Positions 9,333 through 18,936 are shown, counted from the first letter of the stretch. The stretch is 64,000 bases of DNA from Gemmatimonadales bacterium (GCA_050485885.1 JBJHCG010000005.1:81635-145634), one strand, 5' to 3'. Translations and numbers: made by a program. Notes: generated from the sequence alone by a model not told the origin.

Positions 9333-9780
9333 GGGGCGCCCCCGGAGCCCGGGGCCACGGCCGCCCACCGCGCCACCGACGCCCCCGGGGTCCCGAAGAT
9401 CCTCGATCCCGCCTTCGCTCCGTTCCGCTCCCTCCACACGCCCATCGCCATCACGTCCCGGCCCCCTCCCTCTGCGTCGAATGCCACAGGGTCGGCGTCA
9501 GCCCCGACGACCCGGTGCCCCGTTCCCCGAAGCCGGAGTTGCCGGACCGGGTTCGAGTTGAAGGAGGGGAGAATGTCGTTCCAGGCGCATCCCCGCCAGA
9601 GGAGGGCCCGGGAGGGTCGGTGGCCGGGCTCGCAACGGGCCCGCCGACAGCCCTCCCTGGCCCGGGCCTCCACGCGGTGTGGACGAAGCCGCCGGGCACG
9701 GCCGCCTCAGGGGCCGCGGCGGGGAGGTCAGGGGGGTCCGTCCCTGCACGACTCCCGTCAGAACCGACGGAACCGAAGGG

Positions 9781-10254
9781 TTACTTCCACCCCGAGAGCT
9801 GGGCCCGCTCCACCTCGAAGCTCCCTTCGCACGGCTCGATCCGGCCCACGGTGGTGCGGCCGTCGTCCGAGCCGGTCAGGAAGAGTTCGATTCCGACCGG
9901 AAATGCCTCCCGGATCGGTGGAACCTGCGCGCCTTCGAGGCGGGCGGTCCACCCCGATCCGCGTTCCCCGCCGAGAATGTAGAAGGCCCGGTCGGGCACG
10001 GTCACGGGCACCGGATCCTGGGGCATGTGGAGGTCCACGGTTCCCGAAACCTGTTCCCCCGTGCGGTGCAGGAGGAGCGAGATCCGACCCTGCATGGTCC
10101 CGCAGACGTAGCTCCCCTCGAAGAATCCACCGAGGGGATCGAGGGACGAAGAGAGGTCCCCTCCGCAGCCCGGAAGGCCGAGGACGGCGGCGAGGGTAAG
10201 GACAAGCCCGCTCCTCGAGGCAGGGCTTCGACCACGAAGGGGATGGCATGGCAT
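9781..10254 (-). CDS. hypothetical lipoprotein
   Basis: A signal peptide with lipobox LGLPGC is present. No recognizable catalytic motifs were found. Start choice is between two nearby ATGs. Confidence 0.5.
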   Translation of the reverse strand: MPCHPLRGRSPASRSGLVLTLAAVLGLPGCGGDLSSSLDPLGGFFEGSYVCGTMQGRISLLLHRTGEQVSGTVDLHMPQDPVPVTVPDRAFYILGGERGSGWTARLEGAQVPPIREAFPVGIELFLTGSDDGRTTVGRIEPCEGSFEVERAQLSGWK

Positions 10255-10494
10255 GGCGGTGCTCCGGAAAGGGGAAGGAGGGCGGGATCCCTCACCGCCC
10301 TCTCCCAAGAAAGCTCGCGCAACGCCCGTCCCCCCTCCCTCGGTTCCATGACGTAGTCATCGGATTCGAACGACGCAGGGCCAGCCCGCCGTTGGGTGGA
10401 TCCCCGGCGCTTGATCGCGGTACTTGTCGTACTCCCCGTTCGGCTTGCGCTCCCCATCGACTCGTTCAGGACCCTTTCACTTCAGGAATCAACG
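10255..10494. promoter_or_regulatory. divergent promoter region between lipoprotein and OMP genes, contains (catgg)x3 microrepeat at 10241..10257
   Basis: Seen directly as gcatggcatggcatggc overlapping the lipoprotein start region. Confidence 0.3.
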
Positions 10495-11085
10495 ATGCCC
10501 AACGGAACCCGTTCGACGCAGGTGGCGCGCGCCACCGCCCTCCGCACCATGGGAGCCCTCACGGCCCTCGGGGCCTTCGCCCTTCTCGCCCCGGCCAACG
10601 CGTCCGCACAGTCCCCGGTCTCGCCGGGGACCCTCTCCGTCTCCCTCGGCCTCGACCGCCAGCCCGAGGCGGGAATCTGGTTCACCGCCACGAGCTACAC
10701 GCGGATCGGCCTCATCGGGATCTTCGATCGGCGCACCCGCGAGGTCGAGGGCCCGGGCGACACCTCGACCTCCGAAACGACAACGCTCTACGGCGGGGGC
10801 CCGGCCCTCAAGTGGTACCTCACGAGCAACCAGCAGCGGGTGGCCCCCTTCTGGTACCTCGCGGGCACGGCGGGGGTGGAGGACCTGCCGAATGACGACC
10901 GGACCACGCGCTTTACCGGGGATCTGGGCTTCGGTGCCGACTGGTTTCCGGTGCCGCAGATCAGCCTCGGGGGGACGACGGGGCTCTCCCTGGCACGGGA
11001 GCGCACATCGAATGGCGACACGACCCTCACCGACACGAGGCTTCGCTCCCTCACCGTCGGGCTGAACATGCACCTCTACTTCTGA
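10495..11085 (+). CDS. outer membrane beta-barrel protein (OmpW/OmpA-like small porin family)
   Basis: A signal peptide (ALLAPANASAQ) is followed by alternating amphipathic strands, and the protein ends in a C-terminal ...HLYF. An AGGA lies 7 nt before the ATG. Confidence 0.6.
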   Translation: MPNGTRSTQVARATALRTMGALTALGAFALLAPANASAQSPVSPGTLSVSLGLDRQPEAGIWFTATSYTRIGLIGIFDRRTREVEGPGDTSTSETTTLYGGGPALKWYLTSNQQRVAPFWYLAGTAGVEDLPNDDRTTRFTGDLGFGADWFPVPQISLGGTTGLSLARERTSNGDTTLTDTRLRSLTVGLNMHLYF

Positions 11086-11131
11086 CCCCTGTCCGAGCCC
11101 GTCCCTGCAGCTCGGCCCCGGTCCCGCCTTC

Positions 11132-12046
11132 TCAGGAAGGGGGGGCCGGGGCCTCCTTCGTTTCCAGAAAGGAGAGGATCTCCCGGTTCACCCCCTCGGG
11201 CTCGTCGTGCTGCAGCCAGTGGGTGGCATCGGGAAAGAGGGCGAGGCGCCCCTCTTCGCATCGCTCCAGGCTGAGCGGTGCGAACTCCTTCGAGAGGTAC
11301 CGGTCCCGCTCCCCCCAGAGGAGGAGGGTGGGAACCCGGACGCGGGTGGAGCCACGGGCTCGCGGAGGGTGGCGAAGCATGGCCCGGTACCAGTTCAGCA
11401 TTCCCCGGATCGCTCCCGGGCGCTGCCAGGCCCTGCGGTAGTGCTCCCGGTCGGCCCGGGTGATGGACTCGGGCGTCTTTCCTCGAAGGTTCGAGGCCAG
11501 GAGCCGCCCGTTCTGCCGGGCCAGAAGGACCTCCGGAAGCCAGGGGAGCTGAAAGGCAAAGACGTACCAGCTCTTGAAAAGCTGGCTCGGTCGCTTCCGG
11601 AGGGCCGCCCGCATGACCCCCCGCGAGGGATGGGGAGCGTTCAGGATCACGAGGCGCTCCAGGCGGTCCGGGTGCACGATCCCCATCCACCAGGCCACTG
11701 CCGCACCCCAGTCGTGCCCCACCACCGCCGCCGCCCGCTCGACCCCGGCGGCATCGAGGAGTCCCACCCCATCCAGCGCCAGGGTTTCCACCGCGTAGTC
11801 GGAGACCCGGGGGGGCTTGTCGCTGGCCCCGTACCCCCGCTGATCGGGCACCCAGACCCGGTATCCGGCGCGGGCCAGGGGAGCGATCTGCTTGCGCCAC
11901 CCGTACCAGAATTCGGGAAAGCCGTGGAGGAGGAGGACGAGGGGCCCTTCGGCCGGTCCGGCCTCCACCACGCGGAGGGTGATCCCCTGCACCGGGATGC
12001 GTCGTTCCCGCAAGGGAACCCCGTCGAGGGTGGGCGGGATTTCCAT
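11132..12046 (-). CDS. alpha/beta hydrolase, epoxide hydrolase-like
   Basis: The HGFPEFWYGW (HGxP) motif, a GHDWGA nucleophile elbow and a C-terminal His in DATHW mark it as epoxide hydrolase-like. It lies 17 nt downstream of the blaR1-like gene on the same strand. Confidence 0.8.
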   Translation of the reverse strand: MEIPPTLDGVPLRERRIPVQGITLRVVEAGPAEGPLVLLLHGFPEFWYGWRKQIAPLARAGYRVWVPDQRGYGASDKPPRVSDYAVETLALDGVGLLDAAGVERAAAVVGHDWGAAVAWWMGIVHPDRLERLVILNAPHPSRGVMRAALRKRPSQLFKSWYVFAFQLPWLPEVLLARQNGRLLASNLRGKTPESITRADREHYRRAWQRPGAIRGMLNWYRAMLRHPPRARGSTRVRVPTLLLWGERDRYLSKEFAPLSLERCEEGRLALFPDATHWLQHDEPEGVNREILSFLETKEAPAPPS

Positions 12047-12063
12047 GCACGGAACGTGGGGGA

Positions 12064-13653
12064 TCAGTTCCGGCGGATCAATGGGATCCGGTCGGGGGAC
12101 GGGGGAGGATTCTGCTCCCGCCATGCCTCGCCGGCGCGGGTCAGGATGCTCACCACCCCGTTGGCGGCCCGCGTGCCATAGAGACGGCTCGCACTCGCTC
12201 CGCGCGTGACCTCGACGGATACGATGTCCTCGGCCCGGAGTTCGAGTCGGTCGAGGCCATCCTCGGCGAGGATGACCCCGTCGACGACGTAGAGGGGCGC
12301 CCCCTCCCCCGAAGTCGGGCCGCCCGGGCGAAAGAGCGTGGCGCCTTCCCCATCGGCCCCGTCCCGTGCCACGAGAAGGGGTACGGCGTTCTCCGGCGTG
12401 GGGTGTCCGACATCCTGGGCCTCGCCGGCCGCGTCGGGTCCCACCGGGTCGGAAGGGGCGCCGTCGGCAGCGGGCGGGGTGTCTTCGGCCGTTGAACCGG
12501 CACCGGCGGGCGGCGCGACCACCACGCTTGCGGGGGCGTCCACGGCTGCCGGGGCTGCATGGGTAGCCTCTTCCGGCGAGACAGCGTGGGCGGCCCCCTC
12601 CGCCGGGGCCACCGGGGTGGGTTGATCGGCAAGGCAGGCGGCCGTCACGAGGAAGAGGGCGGCGGCGGCGGCGGGGCCGGCCACGAAGGGTCGAGGGCGT
12701 TCGGTTCGCATGGCAAGGAGTCTCCGTTCGAGTTGACTTCGGCCGCCCCCCATGGGGGTGAGGGACGGGGCGGAAAGGCGGGAGCGACGCTCCCCGGCAA
12801 GCCGGCTCCCCACCGACAGGAGGAGTTCGGCGTAGGAGCGGGGCGAGGAGGAGAGGCCTTCCCGGTGTGGCCTCCCCAGGACGCGCGCATCGCAGTCCAC
12901 TTCCACGGCATCGCGCAGACGGTGGAGCTGCCACCAGAGGAAGGGGTTCCAGGGAAGAAGGGCCACGAGGACGAAGGCAAGCCCGGCAAGGAGGGGATCC
13001 CGGGCACGCCGGTGCTCCTCCTCGTGGCGAAGGAGGAGAGCAAGATCGGGGGCGGGAAGGGCGAGGGCCCACCCGGGGAGGAGGATCTCGGGGGTGCGGA
13101 AGCCCGCCACGGCCGGGCCTCCTCGGGGAGCGATCCGCACCGGGTGCCCCTGGACTTCGACCCGGGGCCACCGCCGACGAAGGTGCCGATGGCGCCAGGC
13201 CCCACCCAGGAGAAGGAGGAGAAGGGCAAGGGACCCGAGGGCCCAGCCGGCGAGAAAGAGGTGCGCTCCCCCATGCCCCCGTGCGGGAAGGGAGTGGAGC
13301 ACCCGGCGATCCACCCATGCCGCCGCGAGGGCCGGAGCCCCTGCCACCCCGGACGCCCACGCCCCGCCATGCCCCTGCGCCCTTTCGCGCATCCATCCGG
13401 GGGCCTCATCCCCCTCGAACCCCGCCGCATGCTCGACCACCGACGAGCCTCCCGCCGCGGAGACGGGGGGCGTGGGCCCTGTACCCCCGGGGTTGGCAAG
13501 GCCCCACGCTACGAGCGCGACCGAGGCCACGAGGGCCGCCATCCAGATCCCGCGGGTGGGGAGGCGAAGGGTGCGGGCCGCGGCTTCGGCCGCGAGGGCT
13601 GCCCCTCCGAGAAGCGCCGCAACCCAGAGGGCGTGCAGGACGAGGCCGATCAT
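12064..13653 (-). CDS. BlaR1/MecR1-family M56 peptidase signal transducer with C-terminal TonB-receptor plug-like domain
   Basis: Several TM helices flank an HEEEH zinc motif (LLRHEEEHRRARDPL). The C-terminus (YVVDGV...VEVTRGASASRLYGTRAANGVVSILTR) matches the TonB-dependent-receptor plug signature. No PBP-like sensor domain is present. Its start overlaps the blaI stop in an ATGA junction. Confidence 0.8.
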   Translation of the reverse strand: MIGLVLHALWVAALLGGAALAAEAAARTLRLPTRGIWMAALVASVALVAWGLANPGGTGPTPPVSAAGGSSVVEHAAGFEGDEAPGWMRERAQGHGGAWASGVAGAPALAAAWVDRRVLHSLPARGHGGAHLFLAGWALGSLALLLLLLGGAWRHRHLRRRWPRVEVQGHPVRIAPRGGPAVAGFRTPEILLPGWALALPAPDLALLLRHEEEHRRARDPLLAGLAFVLVALLPWNPFLWWQLHRLRDAVEVDCDARVLGRPHREGLSSSPRSYAELLLSVGSRLAGERRSRLSAPSLTPMGGGRSQLERRLLAMRTERPRPFVAGPAAAAALFLVTAACLADQPTPVAPAEGAAHAVSPEEATHAAPAAVDAPASVVVAPPAGAGSTAEDTPPAADGAPSDPVGPDAAGEAQDVGHPTPENAVPLLVARDGADGEGATLFRPGGPTSGEGAPLYVVDGVILAEDGLDRLELRAEDIVSVEVTRGASASRLYGTRAANGVVSILTRAGEAWREQNPPPSPDRIPLIRRN

Positions 13654-14021
13654 GGGGCAGGCTCCACGTCGTCGAGGAGGCGACGCATGCGTTCGAGCTC
13701 TTCGGCCGAAAGGGGGCGCCCCGAAACGAGGCGGGCCAGGGCCAGCTCAGCCGAGCCCTGGAAGATCTTGTCGACGACCCGCCCCAGGGCACCGCGCCCG
13801 GCCTCGTCCCGGTCCACCAGGGGGAGGTAGCGGTGAGCGCGGCCTTCCTTTGCGTGGGTCACATGCCCCTTCTCCTCCAGGATCTGGAGGATCTTGAGAA
13901 CCGTGGTGTACCCGGCGCCATCGGCAAGGGCGGCCTGCACCTCGGCCACCGTGCCCGAGCCCTCGCGCCAGAGGATGCTCATGATGTCGAGCTCCCGCTC
14001 GGTGAAGGAGATCTCGGTCAT
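13650..14021 (-). CDS. blaI: BlaI/MecI/CopY-family transcriptional repressor
   Basis: This is a 123-aa winged-helix protein. Its N-terminus, TERELDIMSILW....TVAEV, is typical of the penicillinase repressor family. It is translationally coupled to the M56 gene. Confidence 0.85.
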   Translation of the reverse strand: MTEISFTERELDIMSILWREGSGTVAEVQAALADGAGYTTVLKILQILEEKGHVTHAKEGRAHRYLPLVDRDEAGRGALGRVVDKIFQGSAELALARLVSGRPLSAEELERMRRLLDDVEPAP

Positions 14022-14385
14022 GGGGGGCTCCTGAGGGGGAGGGAGGTGGAGGCGGGCCCGTGCGCCGGCCTGCCCTGCCCCGGGGTGTGCGGGGGTGGTT
14101 CGGCGTTTCAGCGTTTCCGCGGAAACGTACGAACGGCTTCGTACACGAAGTCTACACCCTCACCCTCGCCCTGTCTACAACTTTCTTCGTAGAACCCCTT
14201 CCGGTTCCCTGGTCCGGCCTTTCCCTCGCCCGGACCACCCCACGCCCCCTTACCGCCGCCACTCCCCTCCGATCACGAGATCGTGGAGCCAGGCGAAGGA
14301 GCGGACCTGGTCCACATCGGCGCCCCCCTCGATGGTGCGGTAGCCGGCGCGGAGGAGCCGCCGCTCGCCCACCGCCCGCGCCCGT

Positions 14386-16212
14386 TCACCGGCGTCCTCC
14401 GCGATCCTTTCCTCGCCCCGGCCCCCGGGGCGCCCCCCGCGTGGCCCCCCGTGTCGCCCCGCGGGTCGGGCCTTCGGGAAGATCGGGGCGCACGGCCACG
14501 GGGCGGCCCTTGATCTGGTTCCCGTCGAGGGCTTCGACCACGAGATCGGCCGCATCGCGCGCCACCTCCACCAGGGAAAAGCGCTCCCCGATCTCGATGC
14601 GTCCGATAAGCCGCCCCGGAATGCCCGATTCCCCGGTGATGGCGCCCACGAGGTCCTGGGGTCGCACCCCGGCGTTCCGGCCGGCGCCCACGAAGAGCCG
14701 CACCATCTCGCCCTCGGGCCTGCGGCCGGCTCCGCGTTTCGCCCCGGCCCCTGCCCTGGCCCCCGCCCCCGACTCGCCCCCCGGAGACGCCCGCTTCCCG
14801 CCCGGGGAGGGCTTCCCTCGTCCTGCGGTGGGCTCCGGGATCTCCCGGCCCTCGGCCACGTCCTGCCCCGAAGCCACTTGCGCGAGCCGGAGCGCCGCCG
14901 CGGCCACATCGAGGGCATCCACCGCCTCCTCCTCGACCAGGCCACGGGCCAGCTCCCGGAAACGGTCCAGGTTCCCGTCGGCGAGGATCTCGAGGACCGC
15001 GGATCGGGCCACCTCGAGCCTGCGATCGCGAAGATCCGCCACCGTGGGGAGCTTCCGGACTTCGATGCTCCGCCGCGTCAGGTGCTCGATGCTCCGGAGG
15101 ATTCGCTGCTCCCGGGGCTCGGCAAGGACAATGGCCTCCCCCTCCCTTCCCGCCCGCCCCACCCTCCCGATCCGGTGGACGTAGGCCTCGGGCGCGCTGG
15201 GCACGTCGAAGTTCACCACATGGGTGAGCCTTGGCAGGTCGAGCCCCCGGGCCGCCACATCGGTGGCGGCCACGAGGTCGGTGGCCCCGCTTCGGAGCTT
15301 CTTCATGACCCGGTCACGCTGTTCCTGTGTCATCCCGCCATGGAGGGCCTCGGCCCGATGTCCGTGGGCGGTGAGGGTCTCGGCCAGCTCATCCACCTCG
15401 TTCCGGGTGCGGCAGAAGATGATGGCCGCATCGGGCTCCTCCATGTCGAGGACCCGGCCAAGGGCCGCGACCTTGTGGGCCCGCGCCACGAGGTAGGCCA
15501 CCTCCCGGACCTGGGGGATCTCCCCTTCGCCCAGACGCTCCCGGGCAATGTGGACCCGGACCGGATCCCGCAGATGCTGCGATGCGATGGCGGCAATGCG
15601 CGGAGGGAGGGTGGCCGAGAAGAGCACGGTCTGCCGGTGCTCGGGGGTGGCGGCGAGGATCGCCTCCAGGTCCTCGGCAAAGCCCATGTCGAGCATCTCG
15701 TCGGCCTCGTCCAGGACCACGGCCGAGACCTGCGCCAGGGGGAGGGTGCCCCGTCCCACGTGGTCGAGGGCCCGACCCGGGGTGGCCACCACCACGTCCA
15801 CCCCCCGCTTGAGCGCCTTGAGCTGCTGGGAGAAGGACTGTCCGCCGTAAATGGGAAGCACGCTCACACCCAGGCTTCTCCCATAGCGGTACACCGCCTC
15901 CGAAAGCTGCATGGCAAGCTCCCGGGTGGGGACGAGAATGAGCACTGAGGGGCGTGCCCTTCCCTCTCCCGCTTCGGCGAGGCGGTGAAGAAGGGGGAGG
16001 GAGAAGGCCGCGGACTTCCCCGTCCCGGTGGCCGCCTGCCCCACCAGGTCCCTGCCCTCGAGCAGGGGCGGAATGGCCTCCATCTGGATGGGCGTCGGCT
16101 CCTCGTACCCGAGGCGGGTGAGCGCCTCCACGAGGCGGGGGTCAAGCCCCAGGGCGGAAAAGTCGGGCGAAGGCCGGGACGAGGGGGTACCGGGAATGGC
16201 GGATTCGTTCAT
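14386..16212 (-). CDS. deaD: DEAD-box ATP-dependent RNA helicase (DeaD/CsdA-like, DbpA-type C-terminal RNA-binding domain, RG-rich tail)
   Basis: The Q-motif region, AQTGTGKS-like P-loop (ATGTGKSAAF), DEADEM, SAT and HRIGRVGRAG motifs are all present. The C-terminal TRGATRGATRGAPRG tail is encoded by a 12-nt tandem repeat. The internal ATG at 16212 (MNESAIPG) is preferred over the ORF-track extension. Confidence 0.9.
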   Translation of the reverse strand: MNESAIPGTPSSRPSPDFSALGLDPRLVEALTRLGYEEPTPIQMEAIPPLLEGRDLVGQAATGTGKSAAFSLPLLHRLAEAGEGRARPSVLILVPTRELAMQLSEAVYRYGRSLGVSVLPIYGGQSFSQQLKALKRGVDVVVATPGRALDHVGRGTLPLAQVSAVVLDEADEMLDMGFAEDLEAILAATPEHRQTVLFSATLPPRIAAIASQHLRDPVRVHIARERLGEGEIPQVREVAYLVARAHKVAALGRVLDMEEPDAAIIFCRTRNEVDELAETLTAHGHRAEALHGGMTQEQRDRVMKKLRSGATDLVAATDVAARGLDLPRLTHVVNFDVPSAPEAYVHRIGRVGRAGREGEAIVLAEPREQRILRSIEHLTRRSIEVRKLPTVADLRDRRLEVARSAVLEILADGNLDRFRELARGLVEEEAVDALDVAAAALRLAQVASGQDVAEGREIPEPTAGRGKPSPGGKRASPGGESGAGARAGAGAKRGAGRRPEGEMVRLFVGAGRNAGVRPQDLVGAITGESGIPGRLIGRIEIGERFSLVEVARDAADLVVEALDGNQIKGRPVAVRPDLPEGPTRGATRGATRGAPRGPGRGKDRGGRR

Positions 16213-16667
16213 GGGGGGCGCTGGCACGTTCAGGACAGAGGCTGGGATTGCGCGGGAGGGTCCGCTCCGGAAAATAGCGGCGTTCCCGGTCCCGTGTCCG
16301 GGAGAGGCCCACGCGGCCTCCTGTCGCTTTTCGCCTCGCCTCTCGGTCGAGCGTATTCCCAGGTACGTGTCCGGGCACGCCTCCGGGCAGCGGAGTCCGG
16401 CCGCGCTCCGGGGCGCCGGGGCCAGCGCGGAACGGGTCCGTACGCCCCTTCCCCACGAATGCCCTCCCCCTACATTCCCTGATCCGTCACTTTCCTGCAA
16501 CGGTCCCTCCCGTCGATAACGGATTCTTGACACCTGGCCGACGGGCGTCTATCGTGCCCGAAGCATCCTCTTCGGCAGCCCGGGCCCTCCCCCCTCCTGT
16601 TCCTTTCCCGGTCTCCGTCGCACGGGGCAACGGGCCCCGTGTGCCCACCGATCACGGAGATCGATTC
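16213..16667. promoter_or_regulatory. 455-bp divergent intergenic region: probable long 5' leader of DEAD-box helicase gene plus promoter of amidohydrolase gene
   Basis: This is an unusually long non-coding gap in an otherwise tightly packed region. DeaD/CsdA-type helicase genes commonly carry long structured 5' UTRs. The ORFs predicted here are low-complexity. Confidence 0.4.
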
Positions 16668-18035
16668 ATGCGGCTCCCCTCCCTCCGGCAGCAACATGCT
16701 GTCTGGGTCCTGCTTTTTTCGTCCCTCCCCGTGGCGGCCCTCCTGGCCTCCCCCCTCGAGGGGTACGCTCAGGACTCCGGCGCCACCCTCTTCACGAACG
16801 TCATGGTGTTCGACGGCGCCAGCGCCTTTCTCCATGGCCCCACGAACGTCCTGGTGGAAGGAAACGTGATCTCCCGCATCGGGAGCGAGGTCTCGGCCCC
16901 CGGAGCCCGCGCCATCGACGGCACCGGACGAACCCTCATGCCGGGCCTCATCGATGTGCATGTGCACCTGACCTTCGGGGCGCTCTCCATGGAGGATCTC
17001 ATGGATCCGGAGCTCACCCCTGCCCGCGCCGCCCAGCGCGCCGCAGCCGGGGCAGAAGCCATGCTGATGCGCGGGTTCACGGCGGTGCGGGACATGGGCG
17101 GACCGATTTTCGAGCTCAAGGCCGCCATCGACGCGGGGCAGGTGCGAGGCCCCCGGGTCTGGCCCTCGGGAGCCACGATCAGCCAGACCTCGGGACACGG
17201 GGACTTCCGGACCCCGGACGAGGGCTCCCGGCGCTTCTTCGGAGAACCCTCGAGGGCCGAGCTCCTGGGCGCCACCTTCATTGCCGACGGACGGGACGAG
17301 GTCCTGACCGCTTCGCGCGAGAACCTCCGGTTCGGTGCCAGCCAGCTCAAGCTCATGGCGGGAGGGGGAACCGCTTCCGACTACGACCCCGTGGACGTGA
17401 CCCAGTACTCGCTGGACGAGCTGCGTGCCGGGGTCGAAGCCGCGGAAGACTGGGGGACCTATGTGGCAGTCCACGCCTACACCCCGGCCGCCGTTCGTCG
17501 CGCCCTCGACGCCGGGGTCAGGGTCATCGAGCACGGCCAGCTCCTCGACGAGTCCACGCTGCGCCTGATCGCCCTGAGGGGCGCCTGGCTCTCCACGCAG
17601 AATCTGGAAGACGATACCCCCGACATGCCGGCCCTCCGGATCGAGAAGCGGCGCGCCGTCATCGAGGGGCAGCGCCGTCTCTGGCCCATGGCCCGGGAGC
17701 TGGGGGTGAAGCTGGCATGGGGCACGGACTTCCTCTTCAACCCGGCGCTGAACGAGGAGCAGAACCGCTACATCCTGAGACTCCTCGAGTGGTTCACCCC
17801 GGCCGAGGTCCTGAAGATGGTGACGCACGACAACGCCCAGCTCCTGGCCCTTTCGGGGCTCCGGGCGCCCTACCAGGGACGGCTGGGGGTGGTGCGCGAG
17901 GGTGCGCTCGCCGACCTCCTCCTGGTGGACGGAGACCCCATGGAAGACATGAACCTCCTTGCCGATCCGGGGGCGAATTTCCTCGTGATCATGAAGGACG
18001 GGCGCATCTACAAGGACACGACCGGTGAGGGTTGA
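16668..18035 (+). CDS. secreted amidohydrolase-family protein (COG1228 imidazolonepropionase-like metal-dependent hydrolase)
   Basis: A signal peptide (VAALLASPLEGYAQD) is present. The HVHL metal-binding motif and the PGLIDVHVH and GTD signatures mark the amidohydrolase superfamily. GGAGA lies 7 nt upstream of the ATG. Confidence 0.8.
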   Translation: MRLPSLRQQHAVWVLLFSSLPVAALLASPLEGYAQDSGATLFTNVMVFDGASAFLHGPTNVLVEGNVISRIGSEVSAPGARAIDGTGRTLMPGLIDVHVHLTFGALSMEDLMDPELTPARAAQRAAAGAEAMLMRGFTAVRDMGGPIFELKAAIDAGQVRGPRVWPSGATISQTSGHGDFRTPDEGSRRFFGEPSRAELLGATFIADGRDEVLTASRENLRFGASQLKLMAGGGTASDYDPVDVTQYSLDELRAGVEAAEDWGTYVAVHAYTPAAVRRALDAGVRVIEHGQLLDESTLRLIALRGAWLSTQNLEDDTPDMPALRIEKRRAVIEGQRRLWPMARELGVKLAWGTDFLFNPALNEEQNRYILRLLEWFTPAEVLKMVTHDNAQLLALSGLRAPYQGRLGVVREGALADLLLVDGDPMEDMNLLADPGANFLVIMKDGRIYKDTTGEG

Positions 18036-18093
18036 GTCGAGGGTCCACCCCCCCAAGCCGTTGGCATCCCCCTCCACCTCCGAGTCCCCCACC

Positions 18094-18936
18094 ATGCCCC
18101 TTTCGACCCGTCCCCTCTCGACAACGCCCTGCCCTACCACGGCTGGTACGGCCCCGGCATCCGCTTCCCGCACCTTCCGCTGGGCCCATGTGGCCGTTCT
18201 CCTCCCACTCCTCCTCCTCGTACCTCGGCAGGATGTGCACGCCCAGGAGCGCGACGCTCCCGTCTACCAGGGCACGACCTACCTCTGGGGTGCCGGCTCC
18301 GGGGGGACGTTTCAGCCCCTTCCCATGGGTCCGATCCTGGAGGTGGACCGCTCCTTTTCGGAGCTGGCCGACGACATCGCCATGGTCTTCTTCCTCTCGG
18401 GGCTCGTGCGCGTGGACCGGCTCGTCTTCGTGGGGGATTTCAGCCATGTCACGGCCTTTCGACGAGGCACCGTGAATGTGCCCGGGGTGACGCCGGGTGC
18501 CCTTCCGGGCTCGGGCGAACTCCGCCAGACCTCCCTGACCCTCCTGGGGGGCTACCGGCTCATGGAGGAGCCGCGGGGGTCGCTTGACCTCCTGGGCGGG
18601 CTTCGCGCCTGGTGGGTCAACGCCGATGTGGAGCTGGCCGGAGGTGCCGTGACCCGGTCGCCTCGCCACAACTTCGTGGACCCCCTTGTGGCGGTCCGGG
18701 CCCAGGCCCGCCTCCACCCCCGGTGGACGGCGCTGGGCTATCTGGATGGGGGCGGCTTCGGGGTGGGATCGGAGACCACCTACCAGGCGGTGGGCACGGC
18801 GAACTTCCAGCTCTCGTCTGCCGTCTTCCTCTCGGGCGGGTACCGGCTCCTGCGGGTCGACTACGAAAGCGACGGGGGCAGTCGGGTGGACCTGACGAAT
18901 GGCGGCCCCCTCCTGGGGCTCACCCTCCGGTTCTGA
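18094..18936 (+). CDS. outer membrane beta-barrel protein, hypothetical
   Basis: A signal peptide (AVLLPLLLLVPRQDVHAQE) is followed by alternating beta-strand pattern and a C-terminal ...LTLRF. The start is uncertain, either ATG 18094 or in-frame GTG 18190. Confidence 0.5.
   Translation: MPLSTRPLSTTPCPTTAGTAPASASRTFRWAHVAVLLPLLLLVPRQDVHAQERDAPVYQGTTYLWGAGSGGTFQPLPMGPILEVDRSFSELADDIAMVFFLSGLVRVDRLVFVGDFSHVTAFRRGTVNVPGVTPGALPGSGELRQTSLTLLGGYRLMEEPRGSLDLLGGLRAWWVNADVELAGGAVTRSPRHNFVDPLVAVRAQARLHPRWTALGYLDGGGFGVGSETTYQAVGTANFQLSSAVFLSGGYRLLRVDYESDGGSRVDLTNGGPLLGLTLRF

Noticed and set aside
9437-9780. Possible tRNA or small RNA in the 344-bp gap between the lipoprotein gene and cphB
   Set aside because: I found no cloverleaf-compatible acceptor / T-arm pattern (GTTC...GAAC with a 7-bp acceptor stem) on reading either strand. 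It is most likely the promoter region for cphB-cphA-cphA'.
8535-10356. 554-aa and 225-aa plus-strand ORFs spanning the cphB promoter region and the lipoprotein gene
   Set aside because: The translations are low-complexity, for example RRRG and PGPG runs. They overlap cyanophycinase on the opposite strand. No start context is present.
16470-18173. 567-aa minus-strand ORF antisense to the amidohydrolase gene
   Set aside because: The amidohydrolase frame carries the HVH metal motif and a signal peptide. The antisense translation is featureless and Gly/Glu/Arg-rich.
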